Assembly: GCA_963769935.1 (NCBI GenBank)
Contig: CAVYNY010000011.1
Span: 352,001-416,000, forward strand
Reading direction: 5' to 3'
Source of the DNA: an uncultured delta proteobacterium
GTDB taxonomy: Bacteria; Desulfobacterota; Desulfobacteria; Desulfobacterales; JAFDCJ01
DNA: 64,000 bases
Shown here piece after piece: positions 1-10,370 of the stretch (its first letter is position 1; each line of letters begins with the position of its first letter). Both the position numbers and the translations under genes were made by a program. Below the pieces are notes generated by a model. It did no database searches. It was given only the letters and a program-made list of their open reading frames with translations, and had not been told where the DNA came from.

Positions 1-90
1 GAGAAAATTGATAGAAAAATATCAAATAACTTGAATAAAGCAAATAACGAATGTCGAACGTTGAAGGTCTGAATCGCTTCGCTTTGCGTC

Positions 91-1758
91 CTAAGCTGCC
101 CGGCTGTGTTTTTTTATCGGCCTGACTTTTCGATATATTTTGCTCAACGCCGCTTTCAGGGTTCTGAAAGAGACAATGTTGCCTTTGGTCAAAATTTCAG
201 CGCGTCTCAGCGGCAGGTTGTGGGCGTGATTCCACAGTCCGAGATACAGCTTGATTTCCTCTTTCCAGCGCCGTCGGTCCCACGGCAGAACATCCCGGCA
301 AATTTTTTGAATGCGGTTTAAATACTGCTTTCCACCTTCCGGTGTCAACATACCGATACGAACCCGTCTCAACAATAGATCGTCGAGATGTCTGATGCTT
401 TCTTTTTCAGCCACATACCGCAGCTCCGCCCAGAGAGTGTGGGTGCCGGGGATTATCCCAAGATCTCTGGAATCTGCTGTTTGCACAATTTCGTGGGCCG
501 CCCTGCCATAGCGGCCATAAAGACGGCGCCAGGTTTGCAGGGGCAGTCCAAAATCGTTTTCCGGCATGGGCGGCATTTCAGCGAATACGGGATCTTTGCG
601 ATGAACGTCGCTGTCGGGAGGCAGGAAAGGTTTGGCCGCTTTAAGGGCATCCCAGGCAAGTCTTCGAAAGGTCGTCAGCTTGCCGCCGGTGACGGTGATC
701 AATCCCTGGTCGACCCACACGACGTGCTCGCGGGATTCCTCCGAAGGTTCGCGCTTGCCCTCGCTGAGAACCGGCCGGATACCGGCAAATGCAGATATGC
801 AGTCACGCAGGGTGATGTCCAAAGATGGAAAGATTGCCTGAACGCCTTCCATCAGGTAGGTCACTTCATCTTCGGTAATATGCGGAACCACCGCCAGGTC
901 TTCGGTGTGATCGAGATCCGTTGTGCCGACCAGTACCGCCCCTTCCCAGGGGACGGCAAATACCGCACGTCCGTCCCGCGGGTGGATGAAACTGAATCCC
1001 TCTTTCAACGGCAGTATTTCAGCCGGAAATACCAGATGGCTGCCGCGCAAGGGTCGCAGATGACGGTGTGAATCGGGTGACGGATGCAGTTTTTCAGCCC
1101 AGCATCCGGTGGCATTGAAGACGGCATCTGTAAACAATCGGCCGTCTTCACCGGTTTCGACATCTTCGATATCGATTCCGAGCACGTTCCCCTCACTGCT
1201 GCGGATGATTCTATTGACCCGTGTGTAATTTAAAGCCCGCGCGCCGGAATCCACCGATTCGTTGATCAGCCTTAAAACCAGTCGGGAGTCATCGACCTGG
1301 GCATCATAGTAATGAAATCCGCCTAAAAGACCGGCCGGATTTATGAAAGGCAGCTTTTCAAGGATTTCATCGGGTTTTAAAAACCGGTGTTGCCGTTCGC
1401 GGGCCATGATATCGTAAATGGTCAGACCGACTTTTAGTAATTTTCTGCCCGGCTTCTGTTCTTCGTAGACCGGCAGCATAAACCCCAGCGGTTCGACCAA
1501 ACCGGGCGCTTCGGCAAGCAGTCGATCCCGCTCCTCCACCGAAATTTTGGTCAGCAGCAAATGGCCTTCCTTGATATACCGCAAGCCGCCGTGCACCAGC
1601 TTGGATGAGCGGCTGGAGGTGCCCCAGGCAAAATCTTCCTGTTCGATGAGAATGGCCTGCAACCCCATGCGGGCAGCTTCCCGCAGGATGCCGGCACCGG
1701 TGATGCCGCCACCGATGACAATTAAATCCCAGGTTTTGGGGAGATTTTTGAAGCTCAT
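91..1758 (-). CDS. glpD: FAD-dependent glycerol-3-phosphate dehydrogenase/oxidase
   Basis: IGGGITGAG FAD motif, GTSSRSSKLVHGGLRY and GGKLTTFR motifs; start set at ATG 1758 because the longer ORF runs through intergenic repeats. Confidence 0.9.
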   Translation of the reverse strand: MSFKNLPKTWDLIVIGGGITGAGILREAARMGLQAILIEQEDFAWGTSSRSSKLVHGGLRYIKEGHLLLTKISVEERDRLLAEAPGLVEPLGFMLPVYEEQKPGRKLLKVGLTIYDIMARERQHRFLKPDEILEKLPFINPAGLLGGFHYYDAQVDDSRLVLRLINESVDSGARALNYTRVNRIIRSSEGNVLGIDIEDVETGEDGRLFTDAVFNATGCWAEKLHPSPDSHRHLRPLRGSHLVFPAEILPLKEGFSFIHPRDGRAVFAVPWEGAVLVGTTDLDHTEDLAVVPHITEDEVTYLMEGVQAIFPSLDITLRDCISAFAGIRPVLSEGKREPSEESREHVVWVDQGLITVTGGKLTTFRRLAWDALKAAKPFLPPDSDVHRKDPVFAEMPPMPENDFGLPLQTWRRLYGRYGRAAHEIVQTADSRDLGIIPGTHTLWAELRYVAEKESIRHLDDLLLRRVRIGMLTPEGGKQYLNRIQKICRDVLPWDRRRWKEEIKLYLGLWNHAHNLPLRRAEILTKGNIVSFRTLKAALSKIYRKVRPIKKHSRAA

Positions 1759-1789
1759 GGGTTCGTCCAGGAACCGAATAATGAATTTA

Positions 1790-1915
1790 GGTTTCAAGGT
1801 TAGGGTGTCAGGTGTCAGTAGCACCGCTGAAACCTTAAACCTTATTCAAACCAATAACTAATAACGGTGGACTTTTTCTCTCCTCAGTCCTCAGTCCTCT
1901 GTCTTCCGTCCTCTG
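1790..1915. repeat. Stacked heptamer repeat tracts (GGTGTCA/TGAAACC, AATAACY, TCCTCAG)
   Basis: Read directly in the gap between the oxidoreductase gene and glpD. Confidence 0.75.
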
Positions 1916-1919
1916 ATCA

Positions 1920-3515
1920 TCAAGGCAACAACTTGTCCGGATTCATGCGCTGATCGGGATCAACATGTTTAAAAACTTCCCGCAGGGTGCTGATGCCGAG
2001 GACTCCTTTTTCGAATGATAAATACGGCCGGTGGTCCCGGCCTACCCCGTGCTGGTGGGAAATAGTTCCGCCGGCGGCAACGATCGCCCGGCTGGCCGCA
2101 TCTTTTATGCGTTGCCAGGCTTCTAAAGTTTGCTCCGGCGATTCCGACAAGTGAAAAATAAAGGTTGTATAGATGCTGGAGCCGCTCGGGTAGACATGTG
2201 ACAGATGCGAAAAAACGTGCCCCCTTTGATTGCCTGCCTGCAATGCTTCGTGGATCGATTTTTCAATGGAATGCATGGCCGGCGTCACTTTATCCCAGGT
2301 GAGGGCCGTCTCCAGTGTATCCACGGCGTAGCCCCGATCCCAGAGCGAATTTCGCAAATACGCTGAGCGAAAGCGGTTTTTTTTCCAGGCCCGGCCCATG
2401 GGCCTTCCGACCCAAACCCCCTTGTGATGCCGAATGATGGTTAACGCGGCGCCGCGAGCGGCAGTTGTTATACGCCGGGAGCCGGTAAAGCCGATCAGGC
2501 ACATGCAAAACTTTCCGTCGACAAGGCCGCGCAGGCCCAGATATCGCCTGAGCAGAGAAATTTGCCTTGCGCTGCCGGCCAGAGCCAGATTGGTCGTTGT
2601 CTCGAGCGGGTTGCTCAGCCGCATCATTGAAAAAGAGATATCCGTTCCCGCGATGCGCTGCACCGCCTTTCGGCCTTCTTCCCACGACGGAAAGAAGACC
2701 CCGTAAACATTGTCTCTTTCCGGCAGAGGGGAGATTCTGACGATTACGTTGGTCAGGATCCCCATTTTGCCCTCCGAACCTAGCACGATCTGGCGCAGGT
2801 CGGGACCGGCGGCTGATGCCGGAAAGGGCGGTAAATTCATAGATCCGCGGGGTGTGAGGATTTCGCCGCCGGCAAAAAGGTCTTCAATTCGGCCGTAGTG
2901 TCCGGACTGCTGGCCGCTGGACCGGGTGACCACCCATCCGCCGAGGGAAGAATATTCGAAGGACTGGGGGTAATGACCGAGGGTGAAGCCACCGCCATTC
3001 AGGTGCTGTTCGAGTTGCGGACCGCGAATTCCGGCTTCAAAGACCGCCAGTCGATTATCGGTTTCCAGGGCGACGAGACGGTTGAGCCGCTCAAGAGACA
3101 GGCTCAGAACCGGGCGTTCGGTTTGCGGCACCGCCAGGTGGCCGACCACGCTGGTGCCGCCGCCGTAGGGGATAACGATGACACCTTGTGCGGCGCAAAA
3201 TTTCAAAAGTTCCCGGACTTCGGCCCCATTGGCCGGTCGGGCCACACCATCCGGAAATCGCTGCAGCGTTCCGCCGCGCAGACCAATCCAGTCGGGCAGA
3301 CTTTGGCCATGGGCGTGGTCAAGTCGTAATCGGGCGTCGAATGAAATCAGGGGATGCGGGGTCAGACGCGATTGCGGTACCCGATCGATAAACTTTGCCA
3401 GGGGATAGTCCGACCGGACCTGTCCGGTTCCTATCAGATCCTGCAAAATTCCAAGAGCTTGCGGCGGAAGATCCATTTTTACATTTTCATCGCCCCAGCC
3501 GTTCCAGCTTTGCAT
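1920..3515 (-). CDS. FAD-binding oxidoreductase, alkyldihydroxyacetonephosphate synthase-like (VAO/PCMH family)
   Basis: IPYGGGTSVVG, GHYPQSFEYSSLGGW, GSEGKMGI and SHQHGVG motifs; AAGGAG RBS upstream. Confidence 0.85.
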   Translation of the reverse strand: MQSWNGWGDENVKMDLPPQALGILQDLIGTGQVRSDYPLAKFIDRVPQSRLTPHPLISFDARLRLDHAHGQSLPDWIGLRGGTLQRFPDGVARPANGAEVRELLKFCAAQGVIVIPYGGGTSVVGHLAVPQTERPVLSLSLERLNRLVALETDNRLAVFEAGIRGPQLEQHLNGGGFTLGHYPQSFEYSSLGGWVVTRSSGQQSGHYGRIEDLFAGGEILTPRGSMNLPPFPASAAGPDLRQIVLGSEGKMGILTNVIVRISPLPERDNVYGVFFPSWEEGRKAVQRIAGTDISFSMMRLSNPLETTTNLALAGSARQISLLRRYLGLRGLVDGKFCMCLIGFTGSRRITTAARGAALTIIRHHKGVWVGRPMGRAWKKNRFRSAYLRNSLWDRGYAVDTLETALTWDKVTPAMHSIEKSIHEALQAGNQRGHVFSHLSHVYPSGSSIYTTFIFHLSESPEQTLEAWQRIKDAASRAIVAAGGTISHQHGVGRDHRPYLSFEKGVLGISTLREVFKHVDPDQRMNPDKLLP

Positions 3516-3696
3516 GGTCTTACTCCTTAATTAATCCGCCCTGAAAGATGTCACTTTCAGGGTTGAAAATTGTTCTTTGAAAATTGAAAAAAGAAGTTAG
3601 ATCGAAGGTCCGGCGGATTAATTATCTTATGCTGCGCATTTAGATTTTCGCTGAAATCTGTTAAATTCATTTTGATGCATCCTCGTATGAAACTTC

Positions 3697-3909
3697 ACCT
3701 GAACGAAACAGCGAACCGCAGAACAGCAGAATAACGAACCGCAGAATTTCGAAGGGTGGTTTCGCTACGCTCAGTCTTTTTTATAAAAAAGATAGAATAC
3801 CTTCCCTCGATATTCGATATTCGATATTCATTATTCGCTTTTAAAGAGTTTCCTCTTTCGATCAGACTGGCCGTTTTTTTGGCCGGCGGCTGGGCTGACA
3901 CCTGAAACC
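3697..3909. repeat. Composite intergenic element with CGATATT heptamers and a CTGACAC/CTGAAAC end
   Basis: GAACCGCAGAA repeated, (CGATATT)3, and a 3' part homologous to 36738-36800 in opposite orientation. Confidence 0.7.
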
Positions 3910-3921
3910 CACACTGGTCAT

Positions 3922-4104
3922 TTATTCCCCCCGCTCCGCCTGACGGGACTTGCCCTCTTGCCAGATAGTAATACTCTGCTCCATGGCCTTTTTGACGATC
4001 GGTTCGACGGTCCCGGGGTCTGTTTCAATCGCCTGGCCAAGTTCCCGATAATATGCGCGTGAAGCCCGGCGGGCGGATTTGTCACTGAAATAAATAATAG
4101 CCAT
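3922..4104 (-). pseudogene. C-terminal fragment of a FadR-like (GntR family) regulator
   Basis: YFSDKSARRASRAYYREL...AMEQSITIWQ resembles the FadR C-terminal helices; an in-frame stop lies just upstream and there is no HTH. Confidence 0.45.
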
Positions 4105-4278
4105 ATTATTGTCAAGTTAGTTTCTTTACAACGTATAAAGCGTGATTAAATTTTAGACGAATTGTGTTCAAACTCGGATAAGCTCTTAAAGCAATTAGAA
4201 ATTTCAATAATTATACGGGCCCATAACCAACACGATGATTATCCATAGCCAGGCTGAGATAAATCAACGGGGGGGAGC

Positions 4279-4932
4279 ATGAACGAGATGATGACGCTGG
4301 TGATTGCTTCGCGCAATCCGGGGAAAACCGCCGAGATCGGAGATTTGCTGGCAGATTTTCCTATCACTATTAGAAATCTTGAAGACTTCGGTCCGATTCC
4401 GCCGGTGGAAGAGGACGGGGAGACCTTTGACGATAACGCTTATAAAAAAGCCAGCTTCGTTTCAAAGGTGCTGGGTCTGCCGGCCCTGGCGGATGACTCC
4501 GGGCTGGTGGTGGAGGCTCTGGGCGGTGCTCCCGGGGTTTACTCGGCCCGTTATGCCGGCGACAATGCCACCGATGAACAGCGCTTTACCAAGCTGCTCG
4601 AGGAGATGAAGGGCCAAACCAACCGTAGAGCCGCTTTTGAATGCGTAATTTCAATTGCGGTCCCCCCGGGACCGGCTTTAACCTATGAGGCCCGCTGCGA
4701 AGGATTGATTGCCGAGAAACCGGCTGGAAAAAGCGGTTTCGGCTATGACCCGGTCTTTTACTATCCTCCCTTCAAAAAGACCTTCGGCCAGTTGACGCGT
4801 GAAGAAAAGAGCCGGGTCAGCCACCGGGGAAAGGCGCTGCGGGAGCTGAAAGAAGAATTTGACAAGGTTTTAATCTGGATCCGTCAGAATATGCCGGTTC
4901 AGGAGAGGTTCGGCTGCCAGCATGATCAATAA
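4279..4932 (+). CDS. rdgB: XTP/dITP diphosphatase (HAM1 family)
   Basis: ADDSGL, GAPGVYSARY, GFGYDPVF and SHRGKAL motifs. Confidence 0.95.
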   Translation: MNEMMTLVIASRNPGKTAEIGDLLADFPITIRNLEDFGPIPPVEEDGETFDDNAYKKASFVSKVLGLPALADDSGLVVEALGGAPGVYSARYAGDNATDEQRFTKLLEEMKGQTNRRAAFECVISIAVPPGPALTYEARCEGLIAEKPAGKSGFGYDPVFYYPPFKKTFGQLTREEKSRVSHRGKALRELKEEFDKVLIWIRQNMPVQERFGCQHDQ

Positions 4933-5082
4933 TTAAGATTAATTTTTGACCCCGGCTTCATATAATGATAGGCTGAAAGGGATAAATAGATTAGAGACAG
5001 ATCCTGCCGGACCATAGGCTAAATGCCAAAGATTTTGAGCTTATATTTATCGATCGGTTAATTTACAAAGGGGGAATTACAA

Positions 5083-7053
5083 ATGGGACTAAAAAAGGAT
5101 GTCCTCGACATCGTGACTGAACTGGGCGGAATCAGGACTGCGCAAGCCGCAGATAAACTATTCGAACAACGCGTGGCAGCGGATCAACTTGCTAAATTAA
5201 ACCGGGTAAAAAACGAGGCCGTGCGGCTGAAAATAGCCAACGCCATCGTTCTTTGCGACCCGGACAGTGTGTTTGTCGATACCGGCTCAAATGAAGACCG
5301 TCAATCAATCATAAGCCTGTCCCTTGAAAAAGGCGAGGAAAAAACCCTTGCCATGGAGAACCACACCATCCACTTTGACCTCAAGCAGGAGCAGGGCCGG
5401 ATTATCGACCGCACATTTTACATCAGCAATAAAGGCGAAGAGGTCAATTCCCTGGCTAAAGCCATGGAGCGCAGTGAAGCCGTCAAAGATATCCGGGAGA
5501 AAATGGCGGGCATCATGCGGGGAAAAACAATGATGATCGGCTTTTATCTGCGCGGTCCGGTGGGGGCGCCGGCCTCGAATCCGGCGGTTGAAATTACCAG
5601 CTCAACCTATGTCATGCACAGTGCCGATATTCTGTATCGCAATGTCTATGCGGCTTTTGACCAGGAGGTCGAAAAGCTGGAACATTTTTATACCAACATT
5701 CACAGCGAAGGGTTGAATCGGCCCGAAGATCTTCCCAATGCCAGGGTATTCATGGATCGCAGCCATCTGACCACCTACAGCTTCAATTGCACCTATGCCG
5801 GCAATACGTTGCTGATGAAAAAAGGAAATCACCGCTTCTCCGTCGACCGTGCGGTCTACGAGAAAAGGGCCGAGCAGTTGGCCGAGCACATGTTTATCAC
5901 CGGCATCGAAGGACCCGGCGGACGGACAACCTGGATGATCGGCGCGGCCCCGAGCGGATGCGGCAAGACCACGTCGGCCATGGCCGGAGATCATTTTGTG
6001 GGTGATGACCTGGCGCAGTGCTGGATAGCCGCAGACGGTTCCATTCGATCCATCAATCCGGAGAAAGGCATCTTCGGCATTGTTGAGGATGTGAATTGGG
6101 AGGGCGATCCGAAACTGATGGAATGTCTGCGCAAACCGGGTACCGAGGTCATTTGGTCCAACGTATTGATCGATGAAAACGGGGTGCCCCAGTGGGTCGG
6201 CAACGGTGAGGAGCCGCCGCCCCAAACGGGCGTCAATTTCCAGGGGCCGTGGGAGCAGGGCATGGTGGACGAAAACGGCAAAAAGATACCCATGTCCCAT
6301 CCGAATTCGCGCTGTACCCTGGACAACAGGGCGCTGGGTAATTATTCCGATGAGAATGAAAACGGCGCGGGCGTTGAAACCCGCATCATCACTTACAGCG
6401 GCCGCGACAGTGATACCATGCCGCCCGTATGGGTTGCCAAGACCCCGGATGAAGGCGTTGTCATCGGCGCCTGCATTGTGTCGGCCGCCACTGCCACGGA
6501 AGTCGGCGCTACCGGTGTTCGCCGCCAACCCTGGGCCAATGCCCCGTTTATACCGGGATCTCTGGGAGACTACATGGCTTCGCAATTTGAATTTTTCAAC
6601 AGCAGCAAAATCGCGCCGGACAAACAGCCCATTTTGGCCGGACTAAATTACTTCCTGACCCATGAAGCCCGGGGCGGAGATTCCAAGAAGCTGCTCGGCG
6701 AGAAAAAGGATGTCAAGGCCTGGATGGCCTGGCTGGAGCGACGGGCCCACCGCGAAGTCGATGCGCTCGATACGCCCATCGGGTATTTGCCCAAGTATGA
6801 AGATTTAAAGCAATTGTTCAAGTCTAAAATCGATAAACAGTATCCCGCAGACCTTTATGAAAAGCAGTTTTCGCTTTATATCGACAAGATCATCAATAGA
6901 ATCGATATGCAGGTTGAAGCTTACGGCAAGGAGAAGAATATTCCCCCAAGGCTTTTCGACATTTTGAAGCAACAGCGGCAGGAGCTTGAAATTTTAAAGG
7001 ATAAATATGGTCCGATCGTTGCCCCGAAGCAGTTGGCAGCGGCAGATCTTTGA
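5083..7053 (+). CDS. pckG: Phosphoenolpyruvate carboxykinase (GTP)
   Basis: YAGN, PSGCGKT, VGDDLA, INPEKGIFG and HPNSR motifs. Confidence 0.92.
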   Translation: MGLKKDVLDIVTELGGIRTAQAADKLFEQRVAADQLAKLNRVKNEAVRLKIANAIVLCDPDSVFVDTGSNEDRQSIISLSLEKGEEKTLAMENHTIHFDLKQEQGRIIDRTFYISNKGEEVNSLAKAMERSEAVKDIREKMAGIMRGKTMMIGFYLRGPVGAPASNPAVEITSSTYVMHSADILYRNVYAAFDQEVEKLEHFYTNIHSEGLNRPEDLPNARVFMDRSHLTTYSFNCTYAGNTLLMKKGNHRFSVDRAVYEKRAEQLAEHMFITGIEGPGGRTTWMIGAAPSGCGKTTSAMAGDHFVGDDLAQCWIAADGSIRSINPEKGIFGIVEDVNWEGDPKLMECLRKPGTEVIWSNVLIDENGVPQWVGNGEEPPPQTGVNFQGPWEQGMVDENGKKIPMSHPNSRCTLDNRALGNYSDENENGAGVETRIITYSGRDSDTMPPVWVAKTPDEGVVIGACIVSAATATEVGATGVRRQPWANAPFIPGSLGDYMASQFEFFNSSKIAPDKQPILAGLNYFLTHEARGGDSKKLLGEKKDVKAWMAWLERRAHREVDALDTPIGYLPKYEDLKQLFKSKIDKQYPADLYEKQFSLYIDKIINRIDMQVEAYGKEKNIPPRLFDILKQQRQELEILKDKYGPIVAPKQLAAADL

Positions 7054-7056
7054 AAC

Positions 7057-7233
7057 GCCGGGACGCTGGGAGGCTGGGAAGCTGGGAGGCACGGTCAACG
7101 TAAAACGTTTTTTCCAGCGGCTTTCCATCTCGGCAATTTTCTGCTGCAAGATATTTATCCTGCGGGGGCAGAGGCCTAATTTAACACACCGGTGCCTTGG
7201 CCTCCAGGCTTTCCAGCTTCCAAGCCTCCCGGC
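7057..7233. repeat. Inverted octamer arrays (GCTGGGAG)n ... (GCCTCCCA-like)n
   Basis: Four units per arm, mutually complementary, around a ~110-bp core. Confidence 0.8.
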
Positions 7234-7296
7234 ATTTTTAGAAATTCGATAAATTAATCTTCCCTTAAACCACATTCACGATCTCGCGAGGATTGC

Positions 7297-8553
7297 TTGC
7301 CGCCTGAATACCGCAAATCCATTATTAAAGTGATTTTAAGCCGCCGTATGTTGGTGGCTTTTATGATGGGGTTTTCCGCCGGTCTTCCCCTTCTTTTGAC
7401 CATGGGGGTGCTGCAGGCCTGGATGAAAGAAAAAGGCGTTGATCTGACCTGGATCGGCATGATCGCCCTGGTTCAGCTTCCCTATACCTGGAAATTTATC
7501 TGGGCGCCGGTGCTGGACCGGTTTACCCTGCCTTTCTTGGGACGACGCCGGGGATGGCTGCTGGTGGCGCAACTGGCATTGATCGGCGCCATCGTACTGC
7601 TGGGATATTCCGACCCGGTAGAAAATGTGCCCATGATGGTTGCGGCCGCCATCCTGGTGGCTTTTTTCAGCGCTAGCCAGGATATCGTCATTGATGCCTA
7701 TCGCCGGGAAGATCTGGCGGATGAAGAATTGGGACTGGGTTCGTCCATGTATATTTACGGCTATCGCCTGGGAATGCTGCTGGCCGGCGGCGGCGGCATG
7801 ATCCTGGCGGATCGCATGGCATTTGCCAGCGTATATCTGATCATGGCCGCCTGCATGCTGCCGGGGGTTCTCACTACGCTGTTGACGCCGGAACCCGATA
7901 TAAGTACCGGCCCACCCCGGACCATGAAAGAGGCGATCGTCAATCCGCTGGTTGAGTATTTCAGCCGCCATAATGCGGTCTGGATACTTGTATTTATATT
8001 GCTTTATAAAATCGGCGACACCATGGCGGGTGCCATTACCACCCCTTTTTATCTGGACATTGGCTTTACTAAAACCGACATCGGCGCCGTTGTTAAAGTA
8101 TTCGGCACCGGTGCCACCCTGGCTGGAGCTTTTTTGGGCGGTATCATCCTGCTGAAGGTTGGAATAAACCGCAGTCTTTGGATCTTTGGTGTTCTGCAGG
8201 CCTTGTCGACGGCCTGCTTTGCCATCCTGGCGCAAATCGGTTTCAGCATCCCGGCTTTGTCCGGTGTGATTGCATTTGAGAACTTGAGCAGCGGTATGGG
8301 GACCGCGGCCTTCGTAGCCTTTATGGCCAGCATCACCAACAAAAAATTTACCGCCACCCAGTATGCCTTGCTGACCAGTCTCATCGGGATACCCAGGGCG
8401 CTGGCATCCGCCGTGACCGGTTTAATGGTCAAGCACCTCGGGTGGGTAAACTTTTTTATCTTCTGTGCTCTGGTGGCAATTCCCGGCATGCTGCTGTTGT
8501 TCAAATTTGCACCCTGGAATTCCAGGGCTGTAATTGATGGCGAAACATTATAG
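7297..8553 (+). CDS. ampG: AmpG-family muropeptide MFS transporter
   Basis: GFSAGLP, KFIWAPVLD, GRRRGW, SASQDIVIDAYR and ATQYALL motifs. Confidence 0.9.
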   Translation: MPPEYRKSIIKVILSRRMLVAFMMGFSAGLPLLLTMGVLQAWMKEKGVDLTWIGMIALVQLPYTWKFIWAPVLDRFTLPFLGRRRGWLLVAQLALIGAIVLLGYSDPVENVPMMVAAAILVAFFSASQDIVIDAYRREDLADEELGLGSSMYIYGYRLGMLLAGGGGMILADRMAFASVYLIMAACMLPGVLTTLLTPEPDISTGPPRTMKEAIVNPLVEYFSRHNAVWILVFILLYKIGDTMAGAITTPFYLDIGFTKTDIGAVVKVFGTGATLAGAFLGGIILLKVGINRSLWIFGVLQALSTACFAILAQIGFSIPALSGVIAFENLSSGMGTAAFVAFMASITNKKFTATQYALLTSLIGIPRALASAVTGLMVKHLGWVNFFIFCALVAIPGMLLLFKFAPWNSRAVIDGETL

Positions 8554-8574
8554 GAATTAGGACACGGATCAACA

Positions 8575-10323
8575 ATGACCGATAATAAACCGGATAAAAA
8601 GGCCATAGCGCGCTTTTACTCGCTGCAGGAAAAACGGCGGCAACTCATGGCGTTGGATTCCAAAGAAGCCATGGTGCGGATTTTAGAGGATCCACAGCCG
8701 GTGGCCCTGGTGCATTCATTTCCCGAACAGGATTTCTATTTTTTAGTTCACGACATCGGACCTGACGATGCGCTGCCACTGTTGTCCCTGGCATCCAACC
8801 GGCAGTGGGATCATCTGGTCGATCTGGATGCCTGGCAGAGGGATCAAATTGATATCCGGGCTGTGTCGCGCTGGTTGGATCTGCTGCTCGAGGCCGATCC
8901 CAAACGTTTCATAAGCTGGTTTCTGAATGAAAAACTGGAATTTGTCGAATTCTATCTGTCCAAAAACATCGAAGTCCGGGTAAGAGAGCACGACCAGGAT
9001 CCGTCCGAGTTCGGTGAGGATTTTTTTTCGCTGGACAATACCTATTTCATACGATTTATCGATCAGCCGACGGATGGCGGACAAAATGAGGTCACCGAGG
9101 AACAGCGGAAAAAGTTTATTGTCAAATTGGCAGAGAACCTGTCGGAATTGGATTTCCGTATGTTCCAGGGAGTTCTGCAGGAAGCCGCTCACGTAATTCC
9201 GGCTGAATCGGAGGAAGAATGCTACCGCATGCGCAACGTGCGCCTGGCTGAAAAAGGCTTTTTACCGTTCGATGAGGCCGTCGGTATTTACCAGCCCGTC
9301 AAACCGCAGGATCTTACCAAGCAAAGTGCTAAATTTTTGCCGCCGGCGTCGGACCCGTCGTCCCTGTATCCCGTACCGCTATACCCCATCCGGATGCTTG
9401 CGGAAGACAATCACTTTACCCGCGCCCTGACTGCAATTGAACCGGAAAATGTGTTGGCCCATATCCAGGCTGAATTTGCCAATTTGTGCAACCGGATTAT
9501 CGTGGCCGATCATAAAACCATCCAGGAGCGGGATCAATTGCGGGACATCGTCAAAAAGGCCTGTGGCTATCTCAGCATCGGCCTGGAGCGCCTGTCCGGG
9601 AACAGACAAAAACTTGATCCCGGCCGCAACGCCGCCTTGATTGCCCGGCATCCGCTGCAGGAAATTTTCAGGGTGGGATTCGGCGCAGCACTGAAACTGA
9701 AATGGCGCGCCGAGAAATGGCTCGATCACTGCTGGTTTGCAGGCAACGGACTGCGGCTGACTTTCTGGGGCGAGCACTGGCTGGGGGTGCTGGGCGGATT
9801 GTTGATCAAAAAGCCGCTTTTCTATGACAACTACAAAACCGGGGTGCTTTATCGGGAGTTTGCTTCCCTGGAGGAAATCGACTCAACCGAAGAAATTTTC
9901 AATCAGATCCAGGCAGTTGATGATCTGCTGTCTTTGATGACGATCGACATCGATCGTCCGGCGTCCCATGGATTCCTGACTTACAAAAACCTGATCCTTA
10001 CCCTGTGGTCCGCGTACTATCTCAAATTGCCGGCGCACAAACCAAAGCCTGTGAAATTAAAAAAATTCCTGCCGTTTTTTAAAGAACTGCTGCCCGGCGA
10101 AGCGACACCCGGCGCCGATAAACCGCGCACTATCCCGCAGGCGCTGAAAGACCACTTTTTGAAGTGGCTGGCAGCCGACACCGGCCTCAAGGACTTCGAA
10201 TTATCCCGGCGGCTCGGTCAAACCCTGGAAAATCTTTTTGAAGAGATCGAGGTCGAATTGGGCCGGGTCCGCGCCGAAGATCTTGATCCGAAATATGTGC
10301 AGTTGTTTTTGCTTGAGAAATAA
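8575..10323 (+). CDS. Conserved hypothetical protein (DUF6178-like)
   Basis: 582-aa ORF; FPEQDFYFLVHDIG and RLAEKGFLPFDEA segments recalled as typical of this deltaproteobacterial family. Confidence 0.6.
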   Translation: MTDNKPDKKAIARFYSLQEKRRQLMALDSKEAMVRILEDPQPVALVHSFPEQDFYFLVHDIGPDDALPLLSLASNRQWDHLVDLDAWQRDQIDIRAVSRWLDLLLEADPKRFISWFLNEKLEFVEFYLSKNIEVRVREHDQDPSEFGEDFFSLDNTYFIRFIDQPTDGGQNEVTEEQRKKFIVKLAENLSELDFRMFQGVLQEAAHVIPAESEEECYRMRNVRLAEKGFLPFDEAVGIYQPVKPQDLTKQSAKFLPPASDPSSLYPVPLYPIRMLAEDNHFTRALTAIEPENVLAHIQAEFANLCNRIIVADHKTIQERDQLRDIVKKACGYLSIGLERLSGNRQKLDPGRNAALIARHPLQEIFRVGFGAALKLKWRAEKWLDHCWFAGNGLRLTFWGEHWLGVLGGLLIKKPLFYDNYKTGVLYREFASLEEIDSTEEIFNQIQAVDDLLSLMTIDIDRPASHGFLTYKNLILTLWSAYYLKLPAHKPKPVKLKKFLPFFKELLPGEATPGADKPRTIPQALKDHFLKWLAADTGLKDFELSRRLGQTLENLFEEIEVELGRVRAEDLDPKYVQLFLLEK

Positions 10324-10370
10324 AGTCTTAAATTTTGAGGAATGGATTCTTATTTAAAAGAAAATAATTG

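Noticed and set aside
3695..3901. 68-aa ORF and similar small ORFs (6994..7275, 10328..10561, 32451..32816, 56818..57198)
   Set aside because: They are translations of intergenic repeat elements
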